Assembly: GCA_951406725.2 (NCBI GenBank) | Contig: OX597819.1 | Span: 38,378,001-38,442,000, forward strand | Origin: Octopus vulgaris | Taxonomy: Eukaryota | Reading direction: 5' to 3' | DNA: 64,000 nt | Shown: piece by piece, positions 24,892 to 39,600 of the stretch | How the letters are laid out: every line of letters starts with the position of its first letter | How positions within the stretch are numbered: the stretch's first letter is position 1 | Position numbers and translations under genes: made by a program | The notes under the pieces: generated by a model | The model's input: the letters and a program-made list of their open reading frames with translations, nothing else | Told to the model about the DNA's origin: nothing | The model's database searches: none

Positions 24892-27443
24892 TTACTTGTA
24901 GCACTAAAACCTGATTTTGCAGAAAAGAACTTATGTAGAGATTGATGTCAATATTGCATAGAGTAGTTACAAACAATAGATGAGTAGAAAGACGTCGACC
25001 GATCAATTAATTGGTTGCTCTGGGAACGTAGTATTCACTCATCGACTGTTAGAGCTTCTGTAGTTCATCTTCGGTTTAACATCCATTTTACCATACTTGC
25101 ATGGGTCATGTGGAATTCTGTTGAAGTGGATTTTCTAAGACTAGATGCCATTCATATCACCAGCCCATGCCTGTTTCAAAGCACAGTAATACTTCTCCAT
25201 TACCAGACATCATGCGATATCAAGGCAAGAAGACAGTAGCGTCCATATGCACGCACACACATACATGTATATATATATGTATGCATGTAAGCATGTATAT
25301 ATTTGTGTGTGTGTGTGTGTGTGTGAATGTATGTGTGTGTGTGTGTGTGTGTGTATGTATATTTATATATATATATATATATGCATCTATGTCAGGTTGC
25401 TCTTGAGTGCTACTGGTACCATATAGTCCAGTACAACCTGTTCCTTGGTCAGATCATCAGCGACTAAACTGGCAACCCCATCAGGCCTGCTTGGTGAGAT
25501 GGGTGCTTGTTGAACACCCTGCAAGACAAAAAATATGAACCATCAAAGAGCAAAGGAACTACAATGTAGTCAATGGCCATTCAACTATGTGTGTTTGTGG
25601 AGTGCTTGTGTGCGTAGTGTATATATTGCATTTTAAATTCTGTGTGTGTGCATATTATATATATTGTATTTCAGCATATGTGTATACATATTGTTTATTG
25701 TGTTATTAAAGTGTATATATATACACTTTAAGCCCAGAGGGTGTGCTACCACTGACAAGAGAAGGGGCAAAGGTGGGTATCTGACACCTCAAAACCAGTT
25801 GCTTTGGGCAGGTGGGGCTCATCAACCCAGGAGGGCAGCTCACCTGGGGGAAGGGAAACACTGATTTCAAACCTCTGCTGTCTTGTGGGATACCTGATCA
25901 CAGAGAGGGGGGACAAGTTGCATGGGCAACAACGTGATACCCATGGTCAGCCATGACCAAAGGTGGCCTATGAGGATATATGCATATATGTGTGTGCATG
26001 TGTATATTTATGTATATGTTTGTTTGATATACACAACAGACATCTTTCCGTTTCCATCTACCAAATCCACTCGTAAGACATTGGTCAGCCTGGGGCTGTA
26101 GTAGAAGACACTTACCCAACATACCACACAGTGTGACTGGACTTAAAAGCCAGGTAGTTGGGATGCAAGCTTCTTACCACACAACCATGCCACATTTATA
26201 AAGTGAAAGTAGATTAAAGGAATTGATTATACTTTTGAGGAATGGTAATATTTTAATCAAGATCATCTAATTTCAACAAAAGAAGAAAACTGTAAGGATC
26301 TTTTTTCTTCTTCGGTCTTAGGCTGACCAATGCTTTGTGAGTGGAACTGGTACACAGAAAGTGTAAGAGGTCTATTGTTTATATATGTGGGTGTATGTGT
26401 TTGTTTTTTTGCTTAGGTGTTGTGTACATACATATGTAAAAACAAAGTCACTGAACTAGTCATAAAAACAGTTTGTTTGTTTTTTTTTTGTCACAATTTG
26501 CTATAGAAACATGTCCAGCCAATAAGCTGTCTGTTGTTTGAAAGGCTAGAGGAAATATTACCTTACATAGAAATAAGTGAGAGTTGACAAGAGGAAGAGT
26601 GTCTAGCTGTAAAAAAAAGCTGCCTGTTTAAGTTTTGTCTCACTCTATGCCTGTATGGAAAAATAGATGTTAAAATGATGATGATGGTAATGATAATAAT
26701 GGATGGGTGAATGAATATTTGGGCATCAAAAAGGGCTTGAAAGTTGAATCTTGATTAGAAATCCACATAGGGAGGTATTTAAAAATTGAATTTTCTTACT
26801 TGAAAATCCAGTTATTGAAGAATAAATGTGCGATGTGAGATTTATTATTAATATGGATGTTTGTGGGTTTTTTTTTACTATTGAAGCAAAATATTTTCCT
26901 CTTTAACTGATTTCCATTTTTGTTCAAAAGAAAAAAGAAAAGATAGAAATGATTATGTTAAGCTATCAGCATTTTCAGTACTTTTACTACTTTTGTACTA
27001 AGTATGATATTTAGAAAACATAAAATGACCAAAAATAAACAATCAAAAAATATGTCAACCACTTGTCAATATATAATAATTTTATCTTTGAAGAAACTAA
27101 TAGTTTAGGTGTTCCTGTGTGTGCTGACTACATAATATGGACAGAAGTAAAAAGCACTTAGATAGAATAAATCTACCAAGCAAGTAAAAATGATGAAAGC
27201 TCTTATACATTACCTTTCAGTAATGGAAAATGACACTAGAGAAGATTTGCTAAAACATATATAACTGGAATGATTATTGACTTCTTTGCATTGTATGTTA
27301 AATAAACTAAAATGGTTCCGATTAAGTAAGACACAAAAATGTTTGTTTTGCTCTTGTGTAAAAAATTTCTGAGTGCACTGTAAATTCATTTAAAAAAAAT
27401 ACTTATATTTCTGTACTCATTTATTTATATTCCTTCTCTCTGC

Positions 27444-27474
<31 letters not shown>

Positions 27475-27874
27475 CTCCTATATATGTACCTATGCATACA
27501 GATGTACATGCATATACATGTAACATCCAACTGTTCATTCTAGGAATAGAGGATCTGTACCTATAATTTCTACATTTCGAAATTATTTTTTATATTATTA
27601 TTTAATGGTTTTATATGTAAAATTTAAATCCGTTTCAAATTATATAAATCCCATTTAATACAAATGTTAAAATAAATAGCAAAAAAAATCAATATTCCAA
27701 ATGTAAAAAAAAATTATTTATGTTACGTTATTAATTATCAATGCATAATATTGAAACAGTATTCCTCAAGCTGTTCATCATTATGTAATATTATCATTGC
27801 TATTATTTCCCAATTAACTTGCAGATGAATTATCAAATTTTCAGTATCTAACACGCAGTTGTATTTTATCTCAG

Positions 27875-28928
27875 TTGCAGAACACATAAAACAGTCGTCG
27901 TCAATACCACCCCCTCCACCTCCACCAGCAGCCAGTTCTTATTGGAAGACTTCTTCATCTCGCTCTAACCGTCACTCAACGTGTGTAAGTTTCAACTCCT
28001 CCTCGTCTCCTTCTGCATCACCCCACAATTCTGCTTCTCTGAGCATTGGAGCCAGCTTGCCAGCACATACGATTTCATTACCAGCTTCTGCAGTGAGAAT
28101 TTTGCCCCCACTAACAACAAACATTATTCCACCAACACCTCCTCCTCCACCAACACCACCTGCCCCATTCAGCTTCCCATATTTAGCAGAGAAATCTGCG
28201 ATAATTCCAGGAGCTTCCAATAGTAATCAGCCATCGACTTCGAGTTCATTGAATGCTGCTGAAGATGACAAGCAAGATGCAGAACATTCTTCCACTTCTC
28301 CAGGTCAAAAAATGAATCCTTCACAGGTCCTTCCATCTTCTGACTATCGTAGCCGTCCAATAGAAGGTTCTGAAGACTTCTATTCCTGGTCTAGCAAAGG
28401 AGATTGTAGTGGGCGTTCATCTATTGAGAAAATCCAGATAAATAAAAAGTTTGCTCGAAAAATGGATCCTGTGCAAATTAGTAAAATTAATAATAACTAT
28501 ACAACCTCCATCCAAGTGGGTTCCAAGAAACTCTCAGAAGCCAATGCTGAGAAGCTGCCAAGTCACTTTGATAAAGAAGAGGAGGAGATTGCTCGAATGA
28601 CTTCAGACATGCCCAAATACTTACACTTAAGTAACCCAAGTAGAGAAATGGGCTGTTCTCCTTCGCCGCCACCTCCTCCACCACCACCACCACAGTCTCT
28701 TATTGAAGAGCTGGAGAAAAGCTTTTCATCATCACAGGACACTGACAGCCTCTCTATGCAAAGTGATACTGATGACCTACCGCCGCCACCACCTCCACCA
28801 CCTCCTCCTCCGCCGCCGCCTCCGCTGCCTCCACCTCCTCTCTTTCAACATTCTTTACCATCATCATCCTCTCCCATGTCTGCTGCTTGCGAAGTAAACA
28901 GAACTGCACCGTCATTGTCCAAATCAAG
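27875..28928 (+). CDS. espn: espin/forked-like gene, large proline/serine-rich exon
   Basis: Lies within ORF 27859..28932. Acceptors tcag (27874) and gcag (27880) are both phase 1; donor AG|gtagat at 28929 is phase 2. Several poly-Pro tracts, as in espin proline-rich regions. Confidence 0.85.
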
Positions 28929-29329
28929 GTAGATATATACCTTTTAAATTTCTTTTCTTTTAAAATTTTCTGTTTTGTTTTCAACTAACAATTATCATAA
29001 AATTTCAACAAAAACATCATTATTAAGCATATCTTCATTAAATGCATATACATTCATATATTTTCAACTCCCCATTATTTAGTGATGATATTTACAATGT
29101 GATTATAAAAGTCACAGTATAGTCTTGAAGTAAGTTTTTGGAGAGCTAAATTTATAATTTAGCTTTGAATTCAAGCTCCAGCTGTAACCATTTCACTTAC
29201 ATCTCTAATTCACATCAGGAAGGTAAACATGATTATTTTCCTTTATCTATAAACATGAGACATTTGAGTGTGCCATACATAGTCATACACATGCACACAT
29301 ATATTTAATTTGTTCTAATACATATCATA

Positions 29330-30350
29330 GTCATCATTTTTACATCCACTTTTCTATGCTTGTGTGGGTTGATTAGATTCATCAACACAGCATTTTGTCA
29401 CTAGTTGTGATTCTATGATATCACCTTTGTGAGGTTCAGTATCTGTCTTCTTTGGTCTTCATTTTCCACAGACTCCTTCCGTGGGATCTCTTGGCACTCC
29501 TCTATTTAGCTATATTCCTCCATATGTATCGCATATCCATACCAAAACAGCTGCTTTCTTGCACACATCTGATTTTCTTTATATCCACCTTTTCTCTCAA
29601 CACATTTGGGGTTTACCATTCATGCACACTAACATTACACACAAAGCAGAGCTTGCTTGATTCAATTCTTTGCAGCTCTTTCACCTCCTCCACATTCACT
29701 GCCTATGTATTATTGCCATACAACATTACACTCCATACACAAGCATTGTATAATCTGCTCTTCACTCAGTGAGATAATTCACTAGCTCCCTGAATGTTCC
29801 CATTCTGTTCTTACTCTGGATTTTATGCTTTTGGAATACTCACCTCCACTGCTATATAGGTAACCTAGATCAGTGCTTTTCAAACTTTTTGCTGGAGCGG
29901 AACCCCAAGGAAACATTCCACTGGCTCGAGGAACCCCTGTGCAATAATTTAATAGTCTTATGCACACATATCTGCACAAGAGAATTAAAAATTACTGCCA
30001 ATTTTAGCAGTTTTGTAACTTCTTGCAGAACCCCTAGACTGTACTGGCGGAACCCTAAGGTTCCGCAGAACCCTGGTTGAAAACCACTGACCTAGATAAT
30101 AGAAGCTATCAACTCTTAATCATTTGAAAAAAATTTTGCAGATGCTCTTATTACTAACCACTCCTACCCACTTGCTACCTACAAAGTTTCTCTTTTCTAC
30201 CAGTTCAGTTATAATACCACTGTAACTCTAATGCTCCCATGGATTATGTTGGATACACCACATGAAGTTCTCAACTTACTCTTTTCCTGTATACCAAGTG
30301 TGACCACTTTCCCATTTGGCTATATTGTCCTATCTTCTTTCCTACTAACA
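29330..30350 (-). mobile_element. degenerate RTE LINE fragment (RT C-terminal region), interrupted by a hAT MITE
   Basis: Minus strand reads RLYNACVWSVMLYG-like motif and segments similar to 60254-60608; many stops. Confidence 0.6.
29871..30089. mobile_element. hAT (Charlie-type) MITE
   Basis: TIRs CAGTGCTTTTCAAAC and GGTTGAAAACCACTG. Perfect 8-bp TSD ACCTAGAT at 29863-29870 and 30090-30097. Confidence 0.92.
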
Positions 30351-31436
30351 CAAATTTTTGTTGCTCTGGGTTTACTTTAAGGCCTTAGATTCTAGGTTTT
30401 GCTTCTGTCTTTGGAATTTCTGTTATTCTCTTCCAGAAATTGTTAGTAAAAAAACAGTGCAATTGGCTGTAGGTTTTCAACAGGCCAACCACCAATGTAA
30501 CATATTTCTGAAGTTGAAGGTGACATATACACGTGCGTGTGTGTGCATGAGTGCATGTGTCTGTGTGTGTGTAGTTAACACATTCCTTTACACTAGAACG
30601 AATATAGTGTTTGCTGCAAAATTTTTCATTATTTTTCATTATTGCCTTTGCAAAAACTCATCAAACTAGACTCCAAATTACATCAGTGAACTACCTGACA
30701 CAGTGTTTCAGTGTAGTTTTGCCTCCTCAGTATCATTTAGAGCTAAGCTGGAACAACTGTTCCTGTGCAGAAAATAGATAACTATAGATTTGTTTTGTTT
30801 TGGGATTTGGTTTGCAAAGACATAAAAACAATGAAATTAATTTCTTAGAATTTTGTCTCTGGGAATAATTGCTCCTAACAGGCTTTATGTTTGAAAAGAC
30901 ACCAAGCCAAGCCAAGCTCCTAATATTGGAGCTCAGCTAGATGCATTTTTCATGCAAAATCTATGGGGAGATATTTTTCTCTGAGAAAATCTTACTGCAG
31001 ATGCTTTTCTCATTCTAGTGTGCAAAAATGTACACATCTTTACTTTGGTTCATGCTACTATATGAAAAATTGTTTATATGATATTTAGTTACACCATCTC
31101 ACATACATTTCATTAACATAGGTGATTATAGGTTGCATAATGCAGATTAAATAATCAACACTTACTGTCAAATTGTCAGAGACATTTAACTATCATATGT
31201 AATACTATCAGATTGAAAAAATGATAGCATTCACCTTTGTGGAGAGGACTAGTGACACTTGTGAGCCATCTCCATGATGGTAAATACTGTCACCTTTCCC
31301 CAGGTCCTCACTCACCTGGAGTAAAAATCAGGAGGTTTCACGAAAAGAGATGGTGAAAGACTGATAGTTGTAATGGAGTGGTAAGCTCTGCCTTTTTGTC
31401 TCTTTCTTACCCTAATTTCTCTCTCCCTTATGTGTG

Positions 31437-31474
<38 letters not shown>

Positions 31475-32545
31475 CTCTTTCTCACCCATCTTTCTTTGAT
31501 GACATTGTATACATAACATCATTTGAACACTATAAACATTATTGAAAAGATAGCATACCATATCAACTTTCATCTCAGAACATAATTTGCTTCACAATTA
31601 AATTTGTTTATAAAATAGTCAGGTATTATGCTCTATGAATCAGACTGATCCACATGTATGTGCATGCTTGCACACACACACACACACAGAGTTGTAATGA
31701 GGAAGTCAAACCAAATAGTGGTATTTTGATTTGGTTTGGCTTTGTTATTACAAAGTATACAACTTGATACCAGTACAAACTAGCCAGCAGAGATTCCACT
31801 CATGCAGGTCCTCTAACAATGATTTGGAATAGTTTGTGAAATTCAACATGAGTCAAAAGTCCTGGTACCATACACAGCTTCTTAGCATATACATATGCAT
31901 ATATATATTGGTTCGGTACTTCAAACAGGAGAGATAGAACTCCAAATATGAGTATCAACATCATCATTATCATCATTATTTCATGCTCATATTCCATGCT
32001 GGCATGGAGTGGATGGTTTGACTGGATCTGATGGGTCCAAAGATCAATACCTTCTTTGGCATGGTGTTTATGACTAGATGCCCTTCCTAATACCAACTAT
32101 GTTGCAGTGTGTACTGGATGTATTTTGGGATCATCAGCACTATTGAGGTGCCGAAAAGCTCACATATCTCTTTCTCTCTTTTACTTGTTTCAGTCATTTG
32201 ACTGTGGCCATGCTGAAGCACCGCCTTTAGTCGAGCAAATCGACCCCGGGACTTATTCTTTGTAAGCCCAGTACTTATTCTATCAGTCTCTTTTGCTGAA
32301 CTGCTAAGTGATGGGGACGTAAACACACCAGCATCGGTTGTCAAGCAATGCTAGGGGGACAAACACACACACATATATATATACATATATACGACAGGCT
32401 TCTTTCAGTTTCCGTCTACCAAATCGACTCACAGGGCATTGGTCGGCCCGGGGCTATAGATGCCACGCAGTGGGACTGAACCCGGAGCCATGTGGTTGGT
32501 TAGCAAGCTACTTACCACACAGTCACTCCTGCACCTATATAAAGG

Positions 32546-32576
<31 letters not shown>

Positions 32577-33915
32577 AATATTGTACAACCCCAGCTTTCA
32601 ATGACTTCATTTGGTACTACAGGCCATGTGTAAGAAGGACTTGTGCCAACTTTTAATGTATGGAGGAAAATTTACTATATGGCTAGTCCCTTTTGTTCTC
32701 ACCTAATGATGAGCCAACTTTACCCACAAGGCAAGGACAGCAGCCTTGAGAATGTTTTATATATATGTAGAGAGATAATTATTTTCTGATATTTTCCGTT
32801 TATATGAAAAATATAATATATTGTTTCCATATGTTATATTCATATTTGAATGAAAATTCATAATATTCATGAATTTTAAGTTGGTTATATTTAATTTACT
32901 GTAATTAATTTGCTTCATTAAGCTTTGTTACGCAATGGTTATAACATTAGGTTCAACTAGTTGTCCATGTTAAGTGTTCTTCAATCCAGAAATACAATCC
33001 TTTCTGAGAAACCATTTTTTTGCCATCTGCCAATGCTGATTGCACACTCTTCTAACCTATTCACAAATGAATTATGGCTTTTGTGTACCCATATTGTTAG
33101 CCAAGTAACTTGTAAATCACTTTGAGATCTTTACACAACATCCATTCATATTATTTCTTTCTTCTTTTTTATGCCGTCTTACAATTTCATTACTTCCTTT
33201 TAAATGAACAAAACGAACTTCTGGCATAAATGTCTATATCACTCTTCAACATTCAGTACCTAGCTTCCACACCAATTCCAAAATGTCTTTGGAAAAACAG
33301 AAGGAGACTCTCTCATCTTGAAAATTAAACAAAATCTTTCTCATACTTTCTGTATCAAGCAAAGACACTGAATGCCTGTAGATTGTTTTCAAGCAGGTTG
33401 AACTTCAAATGTTCTGTTGAATTTTGGGAGCAGATTCTGTCACCTGTTAAGTTGTTCAGCTAGGCTTATGTTAATGATTTATGCCCTCTTCAAAACTATT
33501 ATCATTGTCTAAATTTAGATCTTAACCGGGATTATAATGATCCAGGCTGTTGAGTGGATGAGTAACTAGAATAAATAGATCAAAGAGTACAGATTTGATT
33601 ATTGATGAAAGATCTGGGTACTAAAAGCTTTCTGTATTCTTAGAACTGTAACCTTGAACGTTGCATGCACAGAAGTTGTAGTCAGTGATAGGATTTCATG
33701 GTTCATATACCATCACGATTCTAAAAGTCAAGTGTTTTCTTTTTACCATGACTTCAGTTTCTCAATGCAGCAACTCTTATGTGACAAATTTGGTGTACAA
33801 CAACTTTTGTCATGGTCTCTTACTTTTATTCTGAAGTAAGCATGATAAAAAAAAAGGTTGATTAAAAAAGTTTGTTACATTTTGTCTTTGCTTTTAGCAG
33901 CAGATATACCACACA

Positions 33916-33981
<66 letters not shown>

Positions 33982-36869
33982 AATATATAATATAAATTAG
34001 AGATCAAACCACTATTATGCAACTCAAACAGTGATAGACAAAAACCAAAACATAAATAACAATAATTTATATTTCATATATTTATATTGTGAAATTTGAT
34101 TTAATACTAAATTTAATTTTGCCCTGTAAGTTTGAAGTTATACTCCCTAATATTATATATATTTATATATATATATATATATATATAGCAAAATATATCT
34201 AGACTAGACACTATTAATAAAACTGAAAAGTGATTTTATGATTTATCTCTAAAAATTCCTGAAATATAAAAACAAATGTAAATTATATTATTTAAAGCTA
34301 ATATGGTATTTAAGTTCACAAAATATACATCAAAAAGCTTTATTGTACATTTTGTCAGTTAATGGGATAAGTGTTCAAAGAATGTATAAAAACATAGGAA
34401 AATACAAAAAGGTTTCAGTAATAGCTATTAAACTGTGGATGGGGGCAGGGAATGCATATAGTTTTTTCTTTTATATGGCATACCAAATAGCTTTAAAATC
34501 ACTTCTCAAAATGAAAATGAAATTTAATGCAATCTGGTGTAATTTGTTTAAAGTTACATGATCCAATGTTCACAAAAAATAATTTGTCCCGAATTAGAAT
34601 TAATTAACATTTTAATTTTTCTATCTTATTTAGATTTGAAATAAATACTTAACAACAGAAGCAAATATTTTGTGGAATATAAAATATAAACCATGCAATT
34701 TTTTAATGAGAAAATAAATGGATTGAAAAAATTGTATTCATCTATATTATGTTAGCAATATAGAAATAAAATGTATAATACAATTTTTACATATTATGAA
34801 TGTCTGCAAAGAGCAGAACAAATAAATTATTGGTTGGTCAAAATATGACACAGTTTTTATGTTGTTATTTTGTAGTTCAGATTAGCTTCTATAGTATTTA
34901 TTAATTAGAATCTAGATGAGTGTTTGTTTTTTACTTTATTGATATCAATCTAAATTTCCTTTTGGCTTAATATCTAAATTTTGCTATTTGAAATAGTGAC
35001 AACAAAAATATTAGCTACAGAGATAATAATTTATTTTAATAGAATAATCATAAACCTAAACAATGGAGATTGAATAAACTGTTATTTTATATGCCTGCAT
35101 TTATAAATGGTTTGCTTTTATTTTGATGTTTAAACTGACTTGCATGTCTTGTAAAATTTATATCTGACAATGTTAAAACATAAACTTGTGATTTCCTATC
35201 CCATGCATTTGTTTTCTTATTTTCAAATTTATGTCATGTTTTCATCAGAGGCTATATTTTGTGATTAAAATTTAAATGATTACAATGATGAAGATGGTGA
35301 TGATAATAAAGTTATTGCTTACAAAAGATCAATAGGAAGAAATATATCCTCTTTAATGTTAACATGTCATTTGATGGCTGTATTAGCTAACTGTGAACCC
35401 ATTGATACTAGAATAACTAGAATTATAGAAATAGATTGTTTTGGTGGTTGGAGCAACAAACTAGTCCTCGTATTTTGTATTTTGTTTCCTTCCAAAGCCT
35501 GTCTTTCAGACAGTTCAATACTTTGATTGTTTTCATTATATTATTACTCCATCCATTACTTTTAGAAGCCAGTTGCAGCTTTTTTTTATTTTCTAAATAA
35601 GTTGGTGATTGTACTGTTTAGTTTTTCTGGTTGCTTTCAACAACATAGTGATGTTGACAACCATTTTGACATAGATATAAGGACTAGACTATCACACACA
35701 TTTCTGCAGATGCCTCAAAAGAACTACTGGAATGAATAAATCCATTTTCTGCATTTTTAATTACAGTAGCCTTGTATCTCATGAATTGTCTAGATTGAAA
35801 AGGGAATCACAGAACTTTTACTATAACTAATTTAGTCAGAAGAAAAAAAGGAAGTGCTACCAAACTGGTACAAGAAAATTATCCTCTAACTGGAGACCTG
35901 ATCCAAATGCTTGTGATGGAATGGATTCTATTCAATATATCCAATGACTTCATTGTGATATTAACCCAGGAAACTGGGTCTATTACTAAAGTGCAGATCT
36001 GAGATCATCTGTACTCTTTTGGATGGTTTTTTTTGGGAATAGAAAATAAAAAAGCTTGTAATGCACCCTACATGCTTGGATTGTTTTGCTGTCTGTAAAT
36101 ATGGATAAGGGGAACTCAGTTATCAACAAGCAACAGCTTTAGGATAAGTTCTGTCTCTAGACTTTGTATGAACAAAGAAATAGTGGCGGTCAAAGATGCA
36201 TTCCTCTACATGGATCCTGAACATAGAAACTCTCTATTATATCATTTCTTGATACTAATAACATCATACTGGAATTTAGGAAAAGATAGAGACATATAGG
36301 AAATACAAATATTCCTATTGTAGTTAACCCAACTTTTCAGGCTTCAACTAATTGTGGGAAAAAGACATCAACCAACCATTTTTTCCTGTTGACTACTGGA
36401 GCAGTACTCACTTCCACATCTTCTCTGAGTTAGGTCCTGTTTCAAGATGTCACAGATATTTAATCTTGCAGCTAATGCTTTCATCCACCCTTATCCCTGA
36501 CACATTTTCTCTCTCTCTCTCTCTCTCTCTCTTTCTGTCACACACACACACTCATACTTTTGATTTCTTCTGCACTAAACTACCTCTGTCTGTACATCAA
36601 TGAAGTTTCCAACCACACCAAATCAAGGTTTTCCACCTCACATCTAAATAACTCACCTGACCCTGCCACAAACAGTTGTATCTCATCAAGTCAGCTAATT
36701 GATCGAAACTAGACCAGTTCTAAGCTTCCTATGATTGCAAGCATCAATCATACCTTGCCTGTAACTTATCCTGTACAGAATAAATGATGGCAGACCATCA
36801 TGCTAGAAGTAGTAGCCAAATCTTGCTCAAATCACATTTTCCTGACCCAGGAAAAAAGGATATGCTTAA

Positions 36870-37482
36870 CCCTTTTGATATCAACCTGCCTGAAACTGCC
36901 CCTGGCTCTGTAGTACAAATGTTTTGTTTGCAAAAGTTCTGAATTAAAATCTTCCACCAAACCATAGTCACAATTTATGTTCCTAGCACTAGCTTAATGA
37001 TAACTAAGTTATTTTCACGAAATTCTTTGTTATACTCTTTTACTCTTTTACTTGTTTCAGTCATTTGACTGTGGCCATGCTGGAGCACCGCCTTTAGTCA
37101 AGCAAATCGACCCCAGGACTTATTCTTTGGAAGCCTAGTACTTATTCTTTCAATCTCTTTTGCTGAACCGCTAAGTTACGGGGACGCAAGCACACCAGCA
37201 TCGGTTGTCAAGCGATGTTGGGAGGACAAACGCAGACACACAAACACACACATACATATATACGACAGGCTTCTTTCAGTTTCCGTCTACCAAATCCACT
37301 CACAAGGCTTTGGTCGGCCCGAGGCTATAATAGAAGACACTTGCCCAAGGTGCCATGCAGTGGGACTGAACCCGGGACCATGTGGTTGGTAAGCAAGCTA
37401 CTTACCACACAGCCACTCCTACATCTTAAAATTAATTGAAAGAAACACAGAATATCTCAACAGAAATATGGTAACAAAAGAG
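36870..37482. mobile_element. TTAA-flanked piggyBac-type MITE with a nested SINE (37036-37400)
   Basis: TTAA|CCCTTTTGATATCA ... TGGTAACAAAAGAG|TTAA. A related decayed copy ends at about 41606. Confidence 0.75.
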
Positions 37483-37652
37483 TTAATATGGTTTTGGATT
37501 TCTTGCCCAAAGGAAGCTAAGAGAATTGTTGCTGATGGAATACCTTTGATTTTAATCTGCAGAGTCAGAGCTGGAACAACTGGAACTATCTTCATTTAAA
37601 TGTCTTTGCTCATTCCAGATACAACCAAAGTCTGTAACCTAAAATTCGCCAA

Positions 37653-37963
37653 GTAGTCCACATGTAGCTGTGTTACCTAAGTAGTTCACATGTCGCAGAA
37701 TTGCTGCCATAGTTTGTATGTAGCAGTGATACTACCGTAGGTTACATGTAGCTATTGCCATCATTCACATGTAAGTGTGTTGCAACCATAGTTCACATGC
37801 AACTGTATTACTGCAGTGGTTCATATGTAGCTATATTGCTACATTAGTTCACATGCAGCTGTTGTTGCTATGGTAGCTCACATGTAGTTGTGTTGCTGCA
37901 GTATTTCACATGCAGCCACACACTGCTGCAGCAATTCACATGTAGCTATGTTGTAGTAGTTCA
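37653..37963. repeat. degenerate minisatellite, about 28-bp unit, about 11 copies
   Basis: Consensus approximately GTAGTTCACATGTAGCTGTGTTGCTGCA, repeated head to tail. Confidence 0.85.
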
Positions 37964-39312
37964 GGCACCAAACAAGGCCAACAACAAATGAAAGAAAATT
38001 TCTTCCCCTCCCCATCCCCCACCAATTCTTATAATACTACCCTCTGAAAAGGTAAAAATCAATGCCTCCATGCTAGGCCATCTTAGCAGCATTATAACCC
38101 CTTGGCCAAATTATGCACTAGGCCCTATAGTATTTATTTATTGACAACAAGCCACAGCATGTGTAGGTCAGTATTGGGCTCCTAAACCCATGGCATCCCC
38201 GTATGACAGTCCAGTGTGTCCATACCTTAAGATAACACTGCTTTCATGCATGACTCAGCCTACAATCTTTCCCACCTCCAATTGCATCCCTTCTGAAAAT
38301 TTTCTCTAAATTTACAGACTTACATAACCCCTTGACCTATATGACTCTATAAGCAGTTTGCCCATGGACGGACCTTTCATGTATGCTACCCACTTTGCAT
38401 CCAAGGCAAACACTTGATAAAATCCCTTCCAAATTTTTCTTATCCACTCCATCAATCTCACCACTACATACCAAGTATAGAAACACTTCTTGCTGCTCCA
38501 AAACCAACAAAGCCACCAATTTTAGCTATCAGCTTCCTCATTCCTCAAATAGGGACTAACTCTGGAGTGTGCTGGTTTAGCAAAAATGGTGCTAGGTCTG
38601 TTTTTGCCAAATCCTCTATTACTTCAAGTGTTATTCCTGTATTCACTTATATTTATAAATTACTAAATTACATAATGCTTATAAACCAAATGATTTGTAA
38701 ATATATTTTCTCTTATAGAATTTCTTTTAGATTTCAAATATTTTTAAACTGTTGACATATGCCACTATAACTCTTTACCTCTGCCTATTTGTGTTCTTTT
38801 TGATACTCATCCTGTATTTTAGTGCTTTATTTAGTACCAAAAAAGCTCTCTTATAATATGAATATTTGACTAGTGCAGAAATTTTTTTTATTTTTTATAT
38901 TTGGAAACATGTCTATCATTTTTATTATTTAAATATTTAGTTAGGAAATAATCTTATGGGTATGAAATTTCAAAAACTAAATTTGTAAAATATCAAGTTT
39001 GTTGATTTGTAAGAGTTCCTAACGAAAGCATATTAACATGTTAACTAAGTTTATTCATTTTATATCTTTTTATCCATGCTGGTATGAGTTAGATGAATAC
39101 ATGTTATTGAAGCTTTATTTTATAGCCAGATAACTTTTCTCATGTTAGCTCACTTGTTTCTCAACTAAGAGATTATTCATTCCACTTTTACTTTAAAAGT
39201 GCATAGCTAGGTGGGGTTCACTGACAGGGAATATCATTTACAACTCACTGCTTTCTATTGCAAAGCATAGACTCTGAACATTCATGCATACACACACACA
39301 TATCTATATATT

Positions 39313-39344
<32 letters not shown>

Positions 39345-39356
39345 AGTGTGTGTGTA

Positions 39357-39600
39357 GGCACGTGGCTTAGTGGTTAGGGTGTCAGCATCATGATCGTAAG
39401 ATTGCGGTTTCGATTCCTGGACCTGGCGACGCGTTGTGTTCTTGAGCAAAACACTTCATTTCACGTTGCTCTAGTTGACTCAGCTGGCAAAAATGAGTAA
39501 CGCTGCGATGGATTGGTGTCCCGTCCAGCTGGGGAACACATACGCCATAGAAACCAGGAAACTGGGCCCATGAGCCTGGCTAGGCTTTAAATGGGCGCAT
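39357..39600 (+). mobile_element. tRNA-derived SINE
   Basis: TGGCTTAGTGG A box, GTTTCGATTCC B box and the shared core. Confidence 0.82.

Noticed and set aside
25730-25975. Possible LINE 5' UTR fragment
   Set aside because: Resemblance is from memory only; no second copy, ORF or TSD in the window.
37653-37963. CRISPR-like array
   Set aside because: Units are contiguous and degenerate with no unique spacers; no cas genes; eukaryotic intron.
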